Source: a candidate division FCPU426 bacterium
GTDB taxonomy: Bacteria > Oederibacteriota > Muellerivitia > Muellerivitales > Muellerivitaceae
DNA: 64,000 nt
Direction: 5' to 3'
NCBI GenBank assembly: GCA_963796105.1
Contig: CAWCKJ010000003.1
Coordinates: 480,001 to 544,000, forward strand
The notes under the pieces were generated by a model that searched no databases, was not told the origin of the DNA, and saw nothing but the letters and a program-made list of their open reading frames with translations. Position 1 is the stretch's first letter. Every line of letters begins with the position of its first letter. A program made the translations under genes and the position numbers. Below, one piece after another: positions 20,419-29,865 of the stretch.

Positions 20419-22020
20419 AATAAGGCTACCATCTTTTCTATAACCATTCCAAATTATTACATCGTCACGTTGTAAATTATTGTCACTGTTATCTTGAAGA
20501 GTAAAATATGGATTATTTCCAAATTGCGGAGCTCTGAATAATGGTGTTAAAAAGCAATAACTGATAAATTCAGAACAATCCATTTTAGGTGGTTTAGATT
20601 CAACAGTTATAGTTCCATCCGCAAACCCCCCATATGAAGCCCCGTAGGGAAGGCCTAAAATATCCATACCTCTTTTAATAGGATCAATACGGTTTTCTAA
20701 AATAGGCGCATATAATTTTGCACTATTACAAGTAATATCCGTTAAATTAACTGATATGTTTGCTTCCCCTCCGGAAATCATTTTCCCATTTGGATCATTA
20801 TTGTTTATTCCATCATCCTCCCCAAAAATATACTTGTGTAAACTCATCGGGTCTTCCTGATCACCCTCATAACTATCCATCCCCGTAAATCTACCAATAG
20901 CCGGGTTCATGTAACGGGCCCTCAGGCAATAATTCCCAGTCTCCTTGTCCATCCTTTCTCCGTCATATAAATAATCGTTGTTGGTAGTGCCATTGCTGTA
21001 GAGAAGGTTTCCAAAGGCGTCAAACTGGTACGAATCAGTCACATTGCCGTTGGCATCCGTCAGGTTCCTCACGCTGTTCTGGCCGTCCAAACAGTAGTAG
21101 CTGACAACAAACGAAGAACCATTCGAGGCTTCCTGCGATATCAGCATGTGGCCGAAGGTGAACCTCTTCACAACCTGCCCGTTCTGGATTTCAGCGAGGA
21201 CTTGGCTGTAACCAGTTGGGTTCACCGTATCTACCACGTAATCTGTCCTCACGCCGTTCAGGGTTTTGGCGGTCCTGTTCCCGTCTCCATCATACTCATA
21301 AGTTGCGTTGAGGCTCGTACCTGTTACAGAAACAAGGTGGTTTTCGGCGTCGTAGGTGTAACTGTTGTTACTTGGATCGGTCAGTGTGTCTCCGCCATCA
21401 GAGTAGGTGTACCCCGCCGTCAGCCTATCATTGGTGTCATATGCTCCATTGAAGTTTTGGCTAGATATGACGGTCGTTGCCGCCCCAAGATTGCCATTCA
21501 GGTTCAAGCGGTTCCCCACATTGTCGTAGGCGTAGTTCACCTGTCCGGTGGGGTCGGGGATGTTGAGGGAAGTGATGTTTTCACCGGTAAGTCTCATGAG
21601 GTTGTCGTAGGTCCAGTTGATCTTGCGGCTGGTGGCTTCCACCACGTTGGTCCTCGCTCCCGCTCCATTTAATGTGTATCCATATGAGTTTATGGTCACA
21701 GGCGAGTTAGGTCCTGTCACAGTCAGGCTAGTGAGCCGGTTCCTATTGTCATATCCCCAGGTGTGGGTCACCCCGTTGGTGTAGCCCATGGATTGAAGGT
21801 TGTTGGAGTTGTCGTATCCGTAGGCTGTTGTGCCAAGATGATTATCGTTCACATGGATCAACTTGTTGGCCCTGTCGTAGTCGTAAGTAACAGATGGTCC
21901 ATTTGAATCGTTCGACATCTGGATGCTGTTCACGTTCCCCACTGAGTCGTAGCCATATGAAAGGGCGCAGAGGGTCGAGGAAGAAGAAGTATAGGCCGTC
22001 TTGGTGGAGAGACGGTCACA
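20419..22020 (-). pseudogene. RHS/YD-repeat protein fragment: RHS core plus C-terminal toxin truncated by IS21
   Basis: YxYD repeats, YQFDAFG, ETGNYCLRARYMNPAIGRF, INNNDPNG core end; low-GC C-terminus with DCSEF motif. Confidence 0.88.
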
Positions 22021-22186
22021 ACGGGCGGATTCCAAGGGAATACCGCCCGAATTAGGAATTTTGAATGTTGAATTAGGAATTGAAGAATCGGCGAGAAAAG
22101 AAAAGGGCTGGGAGAAACCCCAGCCTTGAGTGTGTTTAGGCATATCTAGACACCTTCACATGGATGAAACGCCATTCCCTGCTTGT

Positions 22187-22552
22187 TTATTGGAGCGTCT
22201 TGGCGTTGGCGTCGAGGGCCTGGTTAATTTGGCTCTCCTGATCCGGAGTCATTGCTTTCTTCCCGTTGGCCTTCATGAAGTCCAGTTGTTGCTTACGGAT
22301 GGACTTCACCTTGTCCCGCAAGCCCTTGGCCTGGTCTTTCGTAATTTTCCCTGAGTGCTGGGCCTTGGCGATGTCCCGCATTTGCTCCATCATCTTTATA
22401 TTAATATTCTTCAAAGCGGGGTTAGGCGTCACGACCGCTTTGGGAGCAGAAACAGCCTTGGGTCCTGGTGTCGGCGCGGATGTTGCCGCCTGGGCCAGGC
22501 TTACCCCCATCGTGATCGTCGCCGCCACAGCGATTAAAATTAAACGCTTCAT
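22187..22552 (-). CDS. Secreted hypothetical helical protein
   Basis: Signal peptide MKRLILIAVAATITMGVSLAQA; AAGGAGG RBS. Confidence 0.75.
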   Translation of the reverse strand: MKRLILIAVAATITMGVSLAQAATSAPTPGPKAVSAPKAVVTPNPALKNINIKMMEQMRDIAKAQHSGKITKDQAKGLRDKVKSIRKQQLDFMKANGKKAMTPDQESQINQALDANAKTLQ

Positions 22553-22620
22553 AACTGCCTCCTTAAACTATTATTTTCACGACTCAAATTTCTTATTTAT
22601 ATTCCGGACGTTGAACATTA

Positions 22621-23052
22621 CTACTTAAGATATATTTCTTCTCCCTTAAAAAGTTTGTAAAGTTTATTATTTATATACCAGATTTTATATTTATCAGGAT
22701 AATGACCAACAATATAAAGATTTATTGCACCGCCATTTATCAGAACACCTGATTGGGGGCCAAAACCATTCTCTTCGGATGGATATCTGTTAATAACATT
22801 CCGAATGTATTTGTTGAAAATAAACTCATAATTTTTTCTGAATTGTTTTTTGTTTTTTATATAAACCGTTTTTCCGGCAACATATGTTTTCAAGGGAAAC
22901 CTTATCATTTCGTCAATACTCGCTATATCATTATTAGTAATTGCCAATTTTAAATTTTTCATAAATGAATTTATTGAAACCTCGTTATACTCGGGATCAT
23001 TTGGCACGTAATGCTTTTTCACCCCCCTTGAACATGAAAAAGAAAAATACAT
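22621..23052 (-). CDS. Low-GC hypothetical protein, possible orphan immunity (lipo)protein, 5' end possibly truncated
   Basis: AT-rich 143-aa ORF beside RHS fragment; abuts truncated integrase. Confidence 0.5.
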   Translation of the reverse strand: MYFSFSCSRGVKKHYVPNDPEYNEVSINSFMKNLKLAITNNDIASIDEMIRFPLKTYVAGKTVYIKNKKQFRKNYEFIFNKYIRNVINRYPSEENGFGPQSGVLINGGAINLYIVGHYPDKYKIWYINNKLYKLFKGEEIYLK

Positions 23053-23402
23053 TAAGAACGGTATTCCCGCTTGGGTTCCGGGAGCTTGTCCGCCGGGTTG
23101 AATAGGATTTGCTGGGAGGATTCAAGCCACTCAAAAAACCGCTTCAAGGCCCGTATCTTCAAAGCCCCGGTGGAATGGCTGTAGGGCTTCCCGTCCTGCC
23201 TCTTGTCCTGGAAAACGTGTAGCTGGTAAGCCTTGAGGGTTTCCCGGCCTACCCGTTTGATCTCACCAATCCCCTGCTCCCGTAGGAAGTCAAAAAACTC
23301 CCCCAGCCTCACCCGGTAAATGCCCAACGTTGTTGGGGCATAATTCTTGGCCTTCGCATGGGCCAAGAACCCCTCCAACACTTCCGAAAAGTTGTCCTTC
23401 AT
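23052..23402 (-). pseudogene. Tyrosine recombinase N-terminal (SAM-like) fragment
   Basis: FL.H.....YAPTTL..Y...L..FF.FL ... I.ALKRFFEWL......NPA; catalytic domain missing. Confidence 0.8.
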
Positions 23403-24070
23403 GTGTGCCACCTCCAATAGGCTTCCCGCGCCAACCCGCCAAGTACCCCCGCCCTTGGACGCAAACTCCCGGAACCACCGATGGTTTAGCCGTTCGCTTC
23501 TACGCCTCCAAGTACCCACCAACCACCCTTCAAGTCCACCTTGTTACCCTGCCCCCCGTGCCTGCGTCTGTGCTTCACCCAACCCTACCGCACCACAAAA
23601 ACTGATACAGAGGGGGTGGGGGCTGGCGTCGCTCGTTTCATTTGGTGCAGGAAAATCCTAGAAAAAATCCATGTTCGAGCCTTAATCAGATTCAACTTCC
23701 GTGTAAAGCCGTTTTACCTCTCGCTTTACCTTGCGCGTGTCACTGACACTGATACGGATGGGGCCTGGTCGGGCGTCGCTCAATTCACAAAAACCAGATA
23801 ACACAATAACTTTAGGCCCAAAACCAGTTCACCTTGACTGTCCTACCTCCTTCACCTTTCTTTCACCTCCGGTCTGTATAACCACAGGAAAAAATAAGGG
23901 TTTCTTGATACCTCTCACCTCTAACTACTTGATGCAGATCAAGGGGGGTTCGCCATAGCTTTTTCCAGAAACCGGCCATCCACCCCGGCAAAAGGCCCCT
24001 TTTCATGTCCTACTGTAGGACATTTCATTTCCATGGCGCGGAAATGCCATTTCCATGGGACGCAACGCAA

Positions 24071-24225
24071 TCACCCCGCTTCAGGCAGGGCCAACCCATC
24101 CAAAAAGGGCTTCCCGTCCTCTCCGCCCTCCGGGGACACCAGCTCGTAGACGTACTCCTTGCCCTTCTTGCCCGTCACCGAGTACAGGTATTCCAGGTTC
24201 TCCAACTCCCCGATATGGGTCTTTA
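24071..24225 (-). pseudogene. C-terminal remnant of a large primase-like protein, truncated by IS21
   Basis: KTHIGELENLEYL...GKKGKEYVYEL resembles the C-terminus of CHC2/toprim primase proteins found upstream of tyrosine recombinases in RHS-linked elements (recognition from memory). Confidence 0.5.
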
Positions 24226-24306
24226 TGTAAACGCCGTTCCAAAAGTGTGACGGTCTAGAGGGCAAAAAAGGCGGTCGAAAAGTGTGACGCTCCCCGATTT
24301 TCCGGG

Positions 24307-25866
24307 ATGATGTGGTTCCAGAAAATGGAACTACAGAAACCGGAAGGAAAAGGAGTGTACAAAGACATGGACAAATGGACGAAAATCCGCAAGAAAATCC
24401 TGGTGGAGGGCGTTCCCAAGCGCCAGGTGATGGCAGAAGAAGGCATTCACTGGGAAACCCTCAAGAAAATACTCGCCAATAGTGAGCCTCCAGGTTACCA
24501 AATGAGTCAAGAGAGGCCCCAACCGAAGGTAGGGCCTTTCCTGGGTCGGATCAAGCAAATCCTGGAGGACGACAAGCACGTCCACAAAAAACAGCGCCAC
24601 AGCGCTAAGCGCATTTTTGAACGCCTGAAAGCCGAAGATGGATACACCGGCTGTTATACCCAGGTAAAAAGAGCGGTCCGGGGGATTAAAAAGAGAAATA
24701 GCGAGGTGTTCGTACCTTTGATCCACCGACCCGGCGAGGCGCAGGTGGATTTTGGGCACGCCTTGGTGAAGCTCAACGGTGTGTTGGTCAAACGTCCGTT
24801 TTTTGTAATGGCCTTGCCCTATTCGGATGCCTTTTTCGTACAGATGTTTGAGCGAGAGAGTACGGAGTTTGTGTGGGAAGGCCACATCCGGGCTTTTGAA
24901 TACTTTGGTGGAGTGCCCTGGCGGATCAGTTACGACAACGCCAAAACCCTCGTGACGAAAATTATCGGGGTGCATAAACGGGTGTTGGCACGGAGTTTTC
25001 AGCAGTTGGAAAGCCACTATCTCTTTGATCACCACTTTTGCACGATACGCCGTGGAAATGAAAAAGGTGTCGTGGAAGGCGGGGTGAAATATGTCCGGCT
25101 AAATTTCATGGTGCCAGTGCCGCAAGTGGGAACCCTAGAAGAACTAAACGAACAATTGAAAGTGAAATGCCGCGAGGATCTCGAACGAAAATTGCGCGGC
25201 AAGTTCCTCCCCAAAAAACAGCTTCTTGACGAGGATAAGGCCAAATTCCGGCCTTTGCCGGCCACATCTTTTGACGCCTGTCTGAAGCAGTCCACAACGG
25301 CAACGTCCTCGTCCCTGGTGCGTTTCGACACCAACGACTATTCTGTGCCTTCGGAGTGGGCACACCATCCTGTAGTGGTGAAGGGATACATCGACCGGGT
25401 GGATGTTTTCTACAGGGACAAACGTATTGCGAAGCATGATCGCCTTTGGTGCAAGGAAGGCATATCCTTCAATCCAGTGCATTATTTGGCGATCTTGGAG
25501 GGAAAACCGGGAGCATTTGATCATGCCAGACCCCTGGAAGACTGGAATCTTCCGGAAAGTTTCACCCTTCTGCACCGCCGTATGAAATCCAAGGAAAAGC
25601 TCCACGGCGAGGGAACACGGGAATTCATCAAGACGATGAGGCTTTTGGAAAAACATTCCATGGGCAGGCTCCACCGGGCAGTGAAGAAGGCCGTGGGGAT
25701 GGAAATCTATACCCGAGACGCTGTCGCTCAACTTCTCTACTCCAGGGAAGATTTCAGGCTAACCACCTTCAGCCTTGCCGGTCGTGAGCACTTGCGTCAT
25801 GTTCAGGTGGCCCGGACGGATCTTTCGGCCTACCGCGAACTGATGCCCGTGGGAGGTGAAGCATGA
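24307..25866 (+). CDS. istA: IS21 transposase IstA (start uncertain)
   Basis: Identical protein to 18778-20337. Confidence 0.93.
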   Translation: MMWFQKMELQKPEGKGVYKDMDKWTKIRKKILVEGVPKRQVMAEEGIHWETLKKILANSEPPGYQMSQERPQPKVGPFLGRIKQILEDDKHVHKKQRHSAKRIFERLKAEDGYTGCYTQVKRAVRGIKKRNSEVFVPLIHRPGEAQVDFGHALVKLNGVLVKRPFFVMALPYSDAFFVQMFERESTEFVWEGHIRAFEYFGGVPWRISYDNAKTLVTKIIGVHKRVLARSFQQLESHYLFDHHFCTIRRGNEKGVVEGGVKYVRLNFMVPVPQVGTLEELNEQLKVKCREDLERKLRGKFLPKKQLLDEDKAKFRPLPATSFDACLKQSTTATSSSLVRFDTNDYSVPSEWAHHPVVVKGYIDRVDVFYRDKRIAKHDRLWCKEGISFNPVHYLAILEGKPGAFDHARPLEDWNLPESFTLLHRRMKSKEKLHGEGTREFIKTMRLLEKHSMGRLHRAVKKAVGMEIYTRDAVAQLLYSREDFRLTTFSLAGREHLRHVQVARTDLSAYRELMPVGGEA

Positions 25867-26639
25867 GCGAATCAAAAAAGACCCTCTTACTGGAACATCA
25901 TCTCAAAAAACTCAAACTGCCCACGATGCAGCGCGAGTACGACAAGATGGCCCAGCTCTGCCGCACTGAGCGCAGCGACTATCCCCAGTACCTTCTCAAG
26001 CTGGCCGAGTTAGAGCTTCTGGATCGGGAGCGCCGGGCCAAGGAGAGGCGCATCCGGGATGCCGGTTTTCCCGTGCTCAAGACTTTGGACACATTTGATT
26101 TCAAGGCCCAGCCCTCGATCAACCAGGAATTAATCCGGGAACTCATGCGGGGCGAGTACATGGACAAAAAAGAAAACATCCTGCTGATCGGCAACTCCGG
26201 AACGGGTAAAACCCATCTGGCCTCGGCCCTAGCCTTCCAGGCCTGTTGCCAGGGCCGAGCGGTAAAGTTCTTCTCCGTCACCGGCCTAGTGACGGAGCTT
26301 CTGGAGCGCCGGGAGGAGAAACAATTGGCCAAGTTCCACCGTCAGCTAGCCAGGCTCCATCTGATCGTCCTGGATGAACTGGGTTACGTGCCTTTCACCA
26401 AGGCGGGGGCCGAGTTGCTCTTCGAGGTTGTCAGCAAGGCCTACGAGCGGACCAGCCTGCTGGTAACGACCAACCTGCCCTTCGAAAACTGGGTGGAAAT
26501 CATGGGTTCTGAGAGGATGACGGGGGCTCTTATTGACCGTTTGACCCATCGGGTGCATATTCTGGAGGCCAACGGCCAAAGTTATAGATTAACAGAATCG
26601 AAAAAACGGCTAAGGCACAAAGACAAGAAGGAAGGGTAA
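25863..26639 (+). CDS. istB: IS21 helper ATPase IstB
   Basis: Identical protein to 18005-18781. Confidence 0.95.
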   Translation: MSESKKTLLLEHHLKKLKLPTMQREYDKMAQLCRTERSDYPQYLLKLAELELLDRERRAKERRIRDAGFPVLKTLDTFDFKAQPSINQELIRELMRGEYMDKKENILLIGNSGTGKTHLASALAFQACCQGRAVKFFSVTGLVTELLERREEKQLAKFHRQLARLHLIVLDELGYVPFTKAGAELLFEVVSKAYERTSLLVTTNLPFENWVEIMGSERMTGALIDRLTHRVHILEANGQSYRLTESKKRLRHKDKKEG

Positions 26640-26743
26640 AGACTAAAGACAAACCAACGACCATGAACCGTAAGGCTCGTGGAAGGCGGGGGGTGTCACA
26701 CTTTTGGACCGCCCACCGTCACACTTTTCAACCGGCGGGGACA

Positions 26744-26841
26744 GTATCGCCATCAGCCACATATACCTGGGTTTGAGCGTCAACAGCAACTCCCCTTGGG
26801 CTTGAGTGTAGGGTGTAACAAAAGTCTTTCCATATTTTTTA
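26744..26841 (-). pseudogene. NHL-repeat coding fragment trapped between two mobile elements
   Basis: Minus strand reads SPRGVAVDAQTQVYVADGD. Confidence 0.65.
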
Positions 26842-26903
26842 TGTAGCAGCGATGGTAATTCCGCCTCTCAAGCCGGGAAATAAGCCCCGGCAGGAGGGGT
26901 AAA

Positions 26904-28742
26904 ATGGACGAAAACCAGCAGCAATTAGATCAAGCAGAAGCAGTTCCTTCACCTAGCACACCCATTCAAAACAATTCGCAGGACCCAACTTTGACGCCTA
27001 CACGGGTAAAAAAACCTGTGGACAGCCTTGAAAAACGTCTGTTTTGGGTCAAGGAATACTTGAAAAACGGGGGTTCCCAGAGATCTTTTTGTAACACTCA
27101 TGGAATAAATAGTACGACCTTCCATTGCTGGCTAAAGGAGTATCGGACCGAGGGTGAGGAGCAGATGCGCAAGCGGCACAACCAATACCTCGCATCAGGA
27201 CACCACGATGGGCCGTTCAAGCCCGAGGAACGTCGCCAGGCTGTGGAAATGTATATAAAATCCGGGTCGTCAATCCGTGAATTCGCAAAGGTATGGGGCG
27301 TAAGCGAAAACACATTAGAAAGTTGGCATCTGAAGTACCGCACAGGAGGGCCTAAAGCCCTTGAAGGCAGGAAACCTGGTGGCCGACCCCGGCGAAAAGG
27401 AGTGCGGGAACTCATTGAGAAGGTAAAACAGGAAAACCCGGATTTCGGTTTGAGGAAAGTGAAAAATTTTCTAGGCCGAATCGCCGGCGTCAGGGTAAGT
27501 ACCAGCAGTGTCCGTAACGCTCTCAAAGGCAAAGGGTTTCCAAGCGGGAGGATGAAGAGAAGGCGGGAAAAGTCACAACTACCTCGGCGTTTTGAGCGGT
27601 CTCGCGCGGGGGACTTGTGGCAAAGCGACATCACGAGTTTCGTCCTCCCCCGTTACGGGCAACGGGTTTACTTGACTGTGTTCCTGGACGACTACAGTCG
27701 GTACATTGTTTCTTGGAGGCTGGCCTTTCAACAAAAACAAGAAATCGTGGTAGACGCGCTGCTTGCGGGTATAGACCGGTTTGGGCAACCCAAGGAAGTC
27801 CTCACAGACCAAGGGCGGCAGTATTTCGCTTGGCGGGGGAAAGGCGATTTCCAACGGCTCTTGCGTAAAAAAGGTATCCAACATGTGGTTGCGCGTACCC
27901 ATCATCCACAGACAGTTGGAAAGACAGAGCGTTTCTGGGCAACGGTCATGGAAGAATTCTGGGGACGATATCAGCCACAGGATTTAGCCGAGGCAAAAGA
28001 ACGATTAGGACATTTCATCAACCACTACAATCATTTTCGGCCACATCAGGGAATCGATGGAATGGTGCCAGCGGACCGGTTTTTCGGGGTGGAAAATGAG
28101 GTCAGAAAAGCGCTGGAAGCGGCCATGCAAAAGAACGAATTGCGTTTGGCTGTAGGTGAAGAACCAAGGAAGCCGGTATATTTGGTGGGTCAAATTGGGG
28201 ACCAACAAGTGTCCATGCATGGGGAGAAAGGGAAAGTAGTTATCCAGACGCCGGATGGGCGTGTACAAGAACTAGGGTTGAACGGTTTGGGCGTGAAAAT
28301 CCAGGAGGATACCAATGGAAGAGGCCGAGAAGAGCGAAAAGAAGCGGATTTCCAAGGGCCGCATGAAGAGAAAATTCAAGTTTCAAATGAATGTGGCATT
28401 GCCAATGAAGGCCTTGTGGGAAACGGCAAGTCTGGAGGAGAAGGAGAAAGCACACCAAACGGCGGCGGTGATGTTGGAATATTGGATGGGTCGCGTCACG
28501 AAGGAGGAAGCGGCGCAGAAACTGGAAATACCACCGTTGAGAGTGTGGCAATTGTCCCAACAAGCGTTGGCGGGCCTGGCGGCGGGGTTGGTGAAGCAAC
28601 CCAAGGCAGGCAAGAAAAAGATGAGGGAGGCCTTGCCGCCGGAGGAGGACCCGAAGCAACTGAACAAAAAAATCCAGAACCTGGAAAGGGACCTCGATCT
28701 AATGAAAGACCTGGTGAAGCTATTGAGGGAGCTGCCGGGTAA
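26904..28742 (+). CDS. Transposase with tandem HTH and rve DDE domain
   Basis: LWQSDIT, FLDDYSR, LTDQGRQY, HPQTVGKTERF, YNHFRPHQG. Confidence 0.88.
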   Translation: MDENQQQLDQAEAVPSPSTPIQNNSQDPTLTPTRVKKPVDSLEKRLFWVKEYLKNGGSQRSFCNTHGINSTTFHCWLKEYRTEGEEQMRKRHNQYLASGHHDGPFKPEERRQAVEMYIKSGSSIREFAKVWGVSENTLESWHLKYRTGGPKALEGRKPGGRPRRKGVRELIEKVKQENPDFGLRKVKNFLGRIAGVRVSTSSVRNALKGKGFPSGRMKRRREKSQLPRRFERSRAGDLWQSDITSFVLPRYGQRVYLTVFLDDYSRYIVSWRLAFQQKQEIVVDALLAGIDRFGQPKEVLTDQGRQYFAWRGKGDFQRLLRKKGIQHVVARTHHPQTVGKTERFWATVMEEFWGRYQPQDLAEAKERLGHFINHYNHFRPHQGIDGMVPADRFFGVENEVRKALEAAMQKNELRLAVGEEPRKPVYLVGQIGDQQVSMHGEKGKVVIQTPDGRVQELGLNGLGVKIQEDTNGRGREERKEADFQGPHEEKIQVSNECGIANEGLVGNGKSGGEGESTPNGGGDVGILDGSRHEGGSGAETGNTTVESVAIVPTSVGGPGGGVGEATQGRQEKDEGGLAAGGGPEATEQKNPEPGKGPRSNERPGEAIEGAAG

Positions 28743-28887
28743 TCGGGAAGTGTTAAAAAAAGCGGAGGAGTTGGGAGGGAAAAAAAAGAAGCCCAAGGTG
28801 GTTCGCCCGGCAAGTGGGAACGTTGTTGGAGATGAGAAATTGCCGGGGCCAACGGAGTCTTCTATCCAGCCAACTTCAAGTGAGTGA
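28315..28887 (+). CDS. Basic HTH/coiled-coil protein overlapping both transposase ORFs
   Basis: TKEEAAQKLEIPPLRVWQL HTH-like segment; AGGAGG RBS before ATG 28315. Confidence 0.6.
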   Translation: MEEAEKSEKKRISKGRMKRKFKFQMNVALPMKALWETASLEEKEKAHQTAAVMLEYWMGRVTKEEAAQKLEIPPLRVWQLSQQALAGLAAGLVKQPKAGKKKMREALPPEEDPKQLNKKIQNLERDLDLMKDLVKLLRELPGNREVLKKAEELGGKKKKPKVVRPASGNVVGDEKLPGPTESSIQPTSSE

Positions 28888-29830
28888 GAGGACGCTGAAT
28901 AATTGGATTCGCGGGGCGCGTAATCAAAAAAGAACGCAGGGACGCCCCGCGTATTCCGCAAGTGCAAGGTATCGGGCCAAGTTGGCAGTGAGGCGTCAAG
29001 TGAGGGATTTCGGTTGGACTACGGGATGGAGATCTATTGCGGACATCCTTCGCGGCAAAGTATCGACGAGGTTGGTGCAGGAAAGTCTGTCCCAAATAAA
29101 GGCTAGACACCGGAAAAAGTTGAGGGAGTTGGCCGAGAAAAACCGGGTGAGCGTAGAGGTGTTGGCAAAAGATGTGATCTGGGCGCAGGACGCGGCCCAC
29201 ATCGGGCGTATTGGAAAAGTAGTGCTACAGGCAGAAGTAATCAAAGATCGAGCGACTTTGGGTTTTAAAGGGCTGACAGTCGGACCCGCCGCTAAAGCGG
29301 AAAATATATTGACCATGTTGGAGCTGCAAAAAAAGAAAACGGGACTGCCTTTGGTTTGGGCGACCGACAATGGTTCGGCCTACAAGAACGAAAAACTGAC
29401 AAACTACCTACAGCGAGAAAAAGTGATTCATCTGCTTTCTCGGCCCCGGACACCGCAAGACAATGGGGCCGCTGAGCGAGGAATCGGCGAATTAAAGGCG
29501 GAATCCGGGCTAGAAAAAGGGGTTGGATTTCGTGCTGTGCGGGAAGTTGTATCGTGCTTAGCGAAAACGTGGCACCTGCTAGATGGCCGACCTAGGGCCA
29601 GCAAAGGCTATCAGAGCGCCCTGCAGCTTGAAAACAGCCTTGTGAAAGGCCCTTCGTTGGTTGATCGGGAGGCTTTCTACCTGGAAGCTTGCAGGAATAT
29701 TAAAAAAGCGGTACAAGGAGGTGGAACACCCAGAGAAAAACGAAAAGCGGAGCGTTTAGCTATTTACGAAACACTAGAGAAAAATCACTTAATTAACATT
29801 CTGAGGGGCGGAAAAAATTGTCGTGCTTAA
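28814..29830 (+). CDS. Second transposase-like protein with rve DDE domain
   Basis: VSERTL.NW HTH; IWAQD, TDNGSAY, TPQDNGAAER. Confidence 0.8.
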   Translation: MGTLLEMRNCRGQRSLLSSQLQVSERTLNNWIRGARNQKRTQGRPAYSASARYRAKLAVRRQVRDFGWTTGWRSIADILRGKVSTRLVQESLSQIKARHRKKLRELAEKNRVSVEVLAKDVIWAQDAAHIGRIGKVVLQAEVIKDRATLGFKGLTVGPAAKAENILTMLELQKKKTGLPLVWATDNGSAYKNEKLTNYLQREKVIHLLSRPRTPQDNGAAERGIGELKAESGLEKGVGFRAVREVVSCLAKTWHLLDGRPRASKGYQSALQLENSLVKGPSLVDREAFYLEACRNIKKAVQGGGTPREKRKAERLAIYETLEKNHLINILRGGKNCRA

Positions 29831-29865
29831 CAGGAAATTCAGGAAGATATTTTGTGAACACTACA

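Larger units (their letters stand above)
24226..26743 (+). mobile_element. IS21-family element C, copy 2 (2518 bp)
   Basis: Reverse complement of 17901-20418; one synonymous difference seen (18940/25704). Confidence 0.95.
26842..29865 (+). mobile_element. ~3.0-kb IS481/IS3-like element with three overlapping ORFs and two rve integrase domains
   Basis: Ends TGTAG...CTACA; right end truncates the Thr/Pro gene; right terminus homologous to remnant at 54922-55020. Confidence 0.75.

Noticed and set aside
17901..26743. Bona fide composite transposon
   Set aside because: Outer flanks (TCAGTG / GTATCG) show no target duplication
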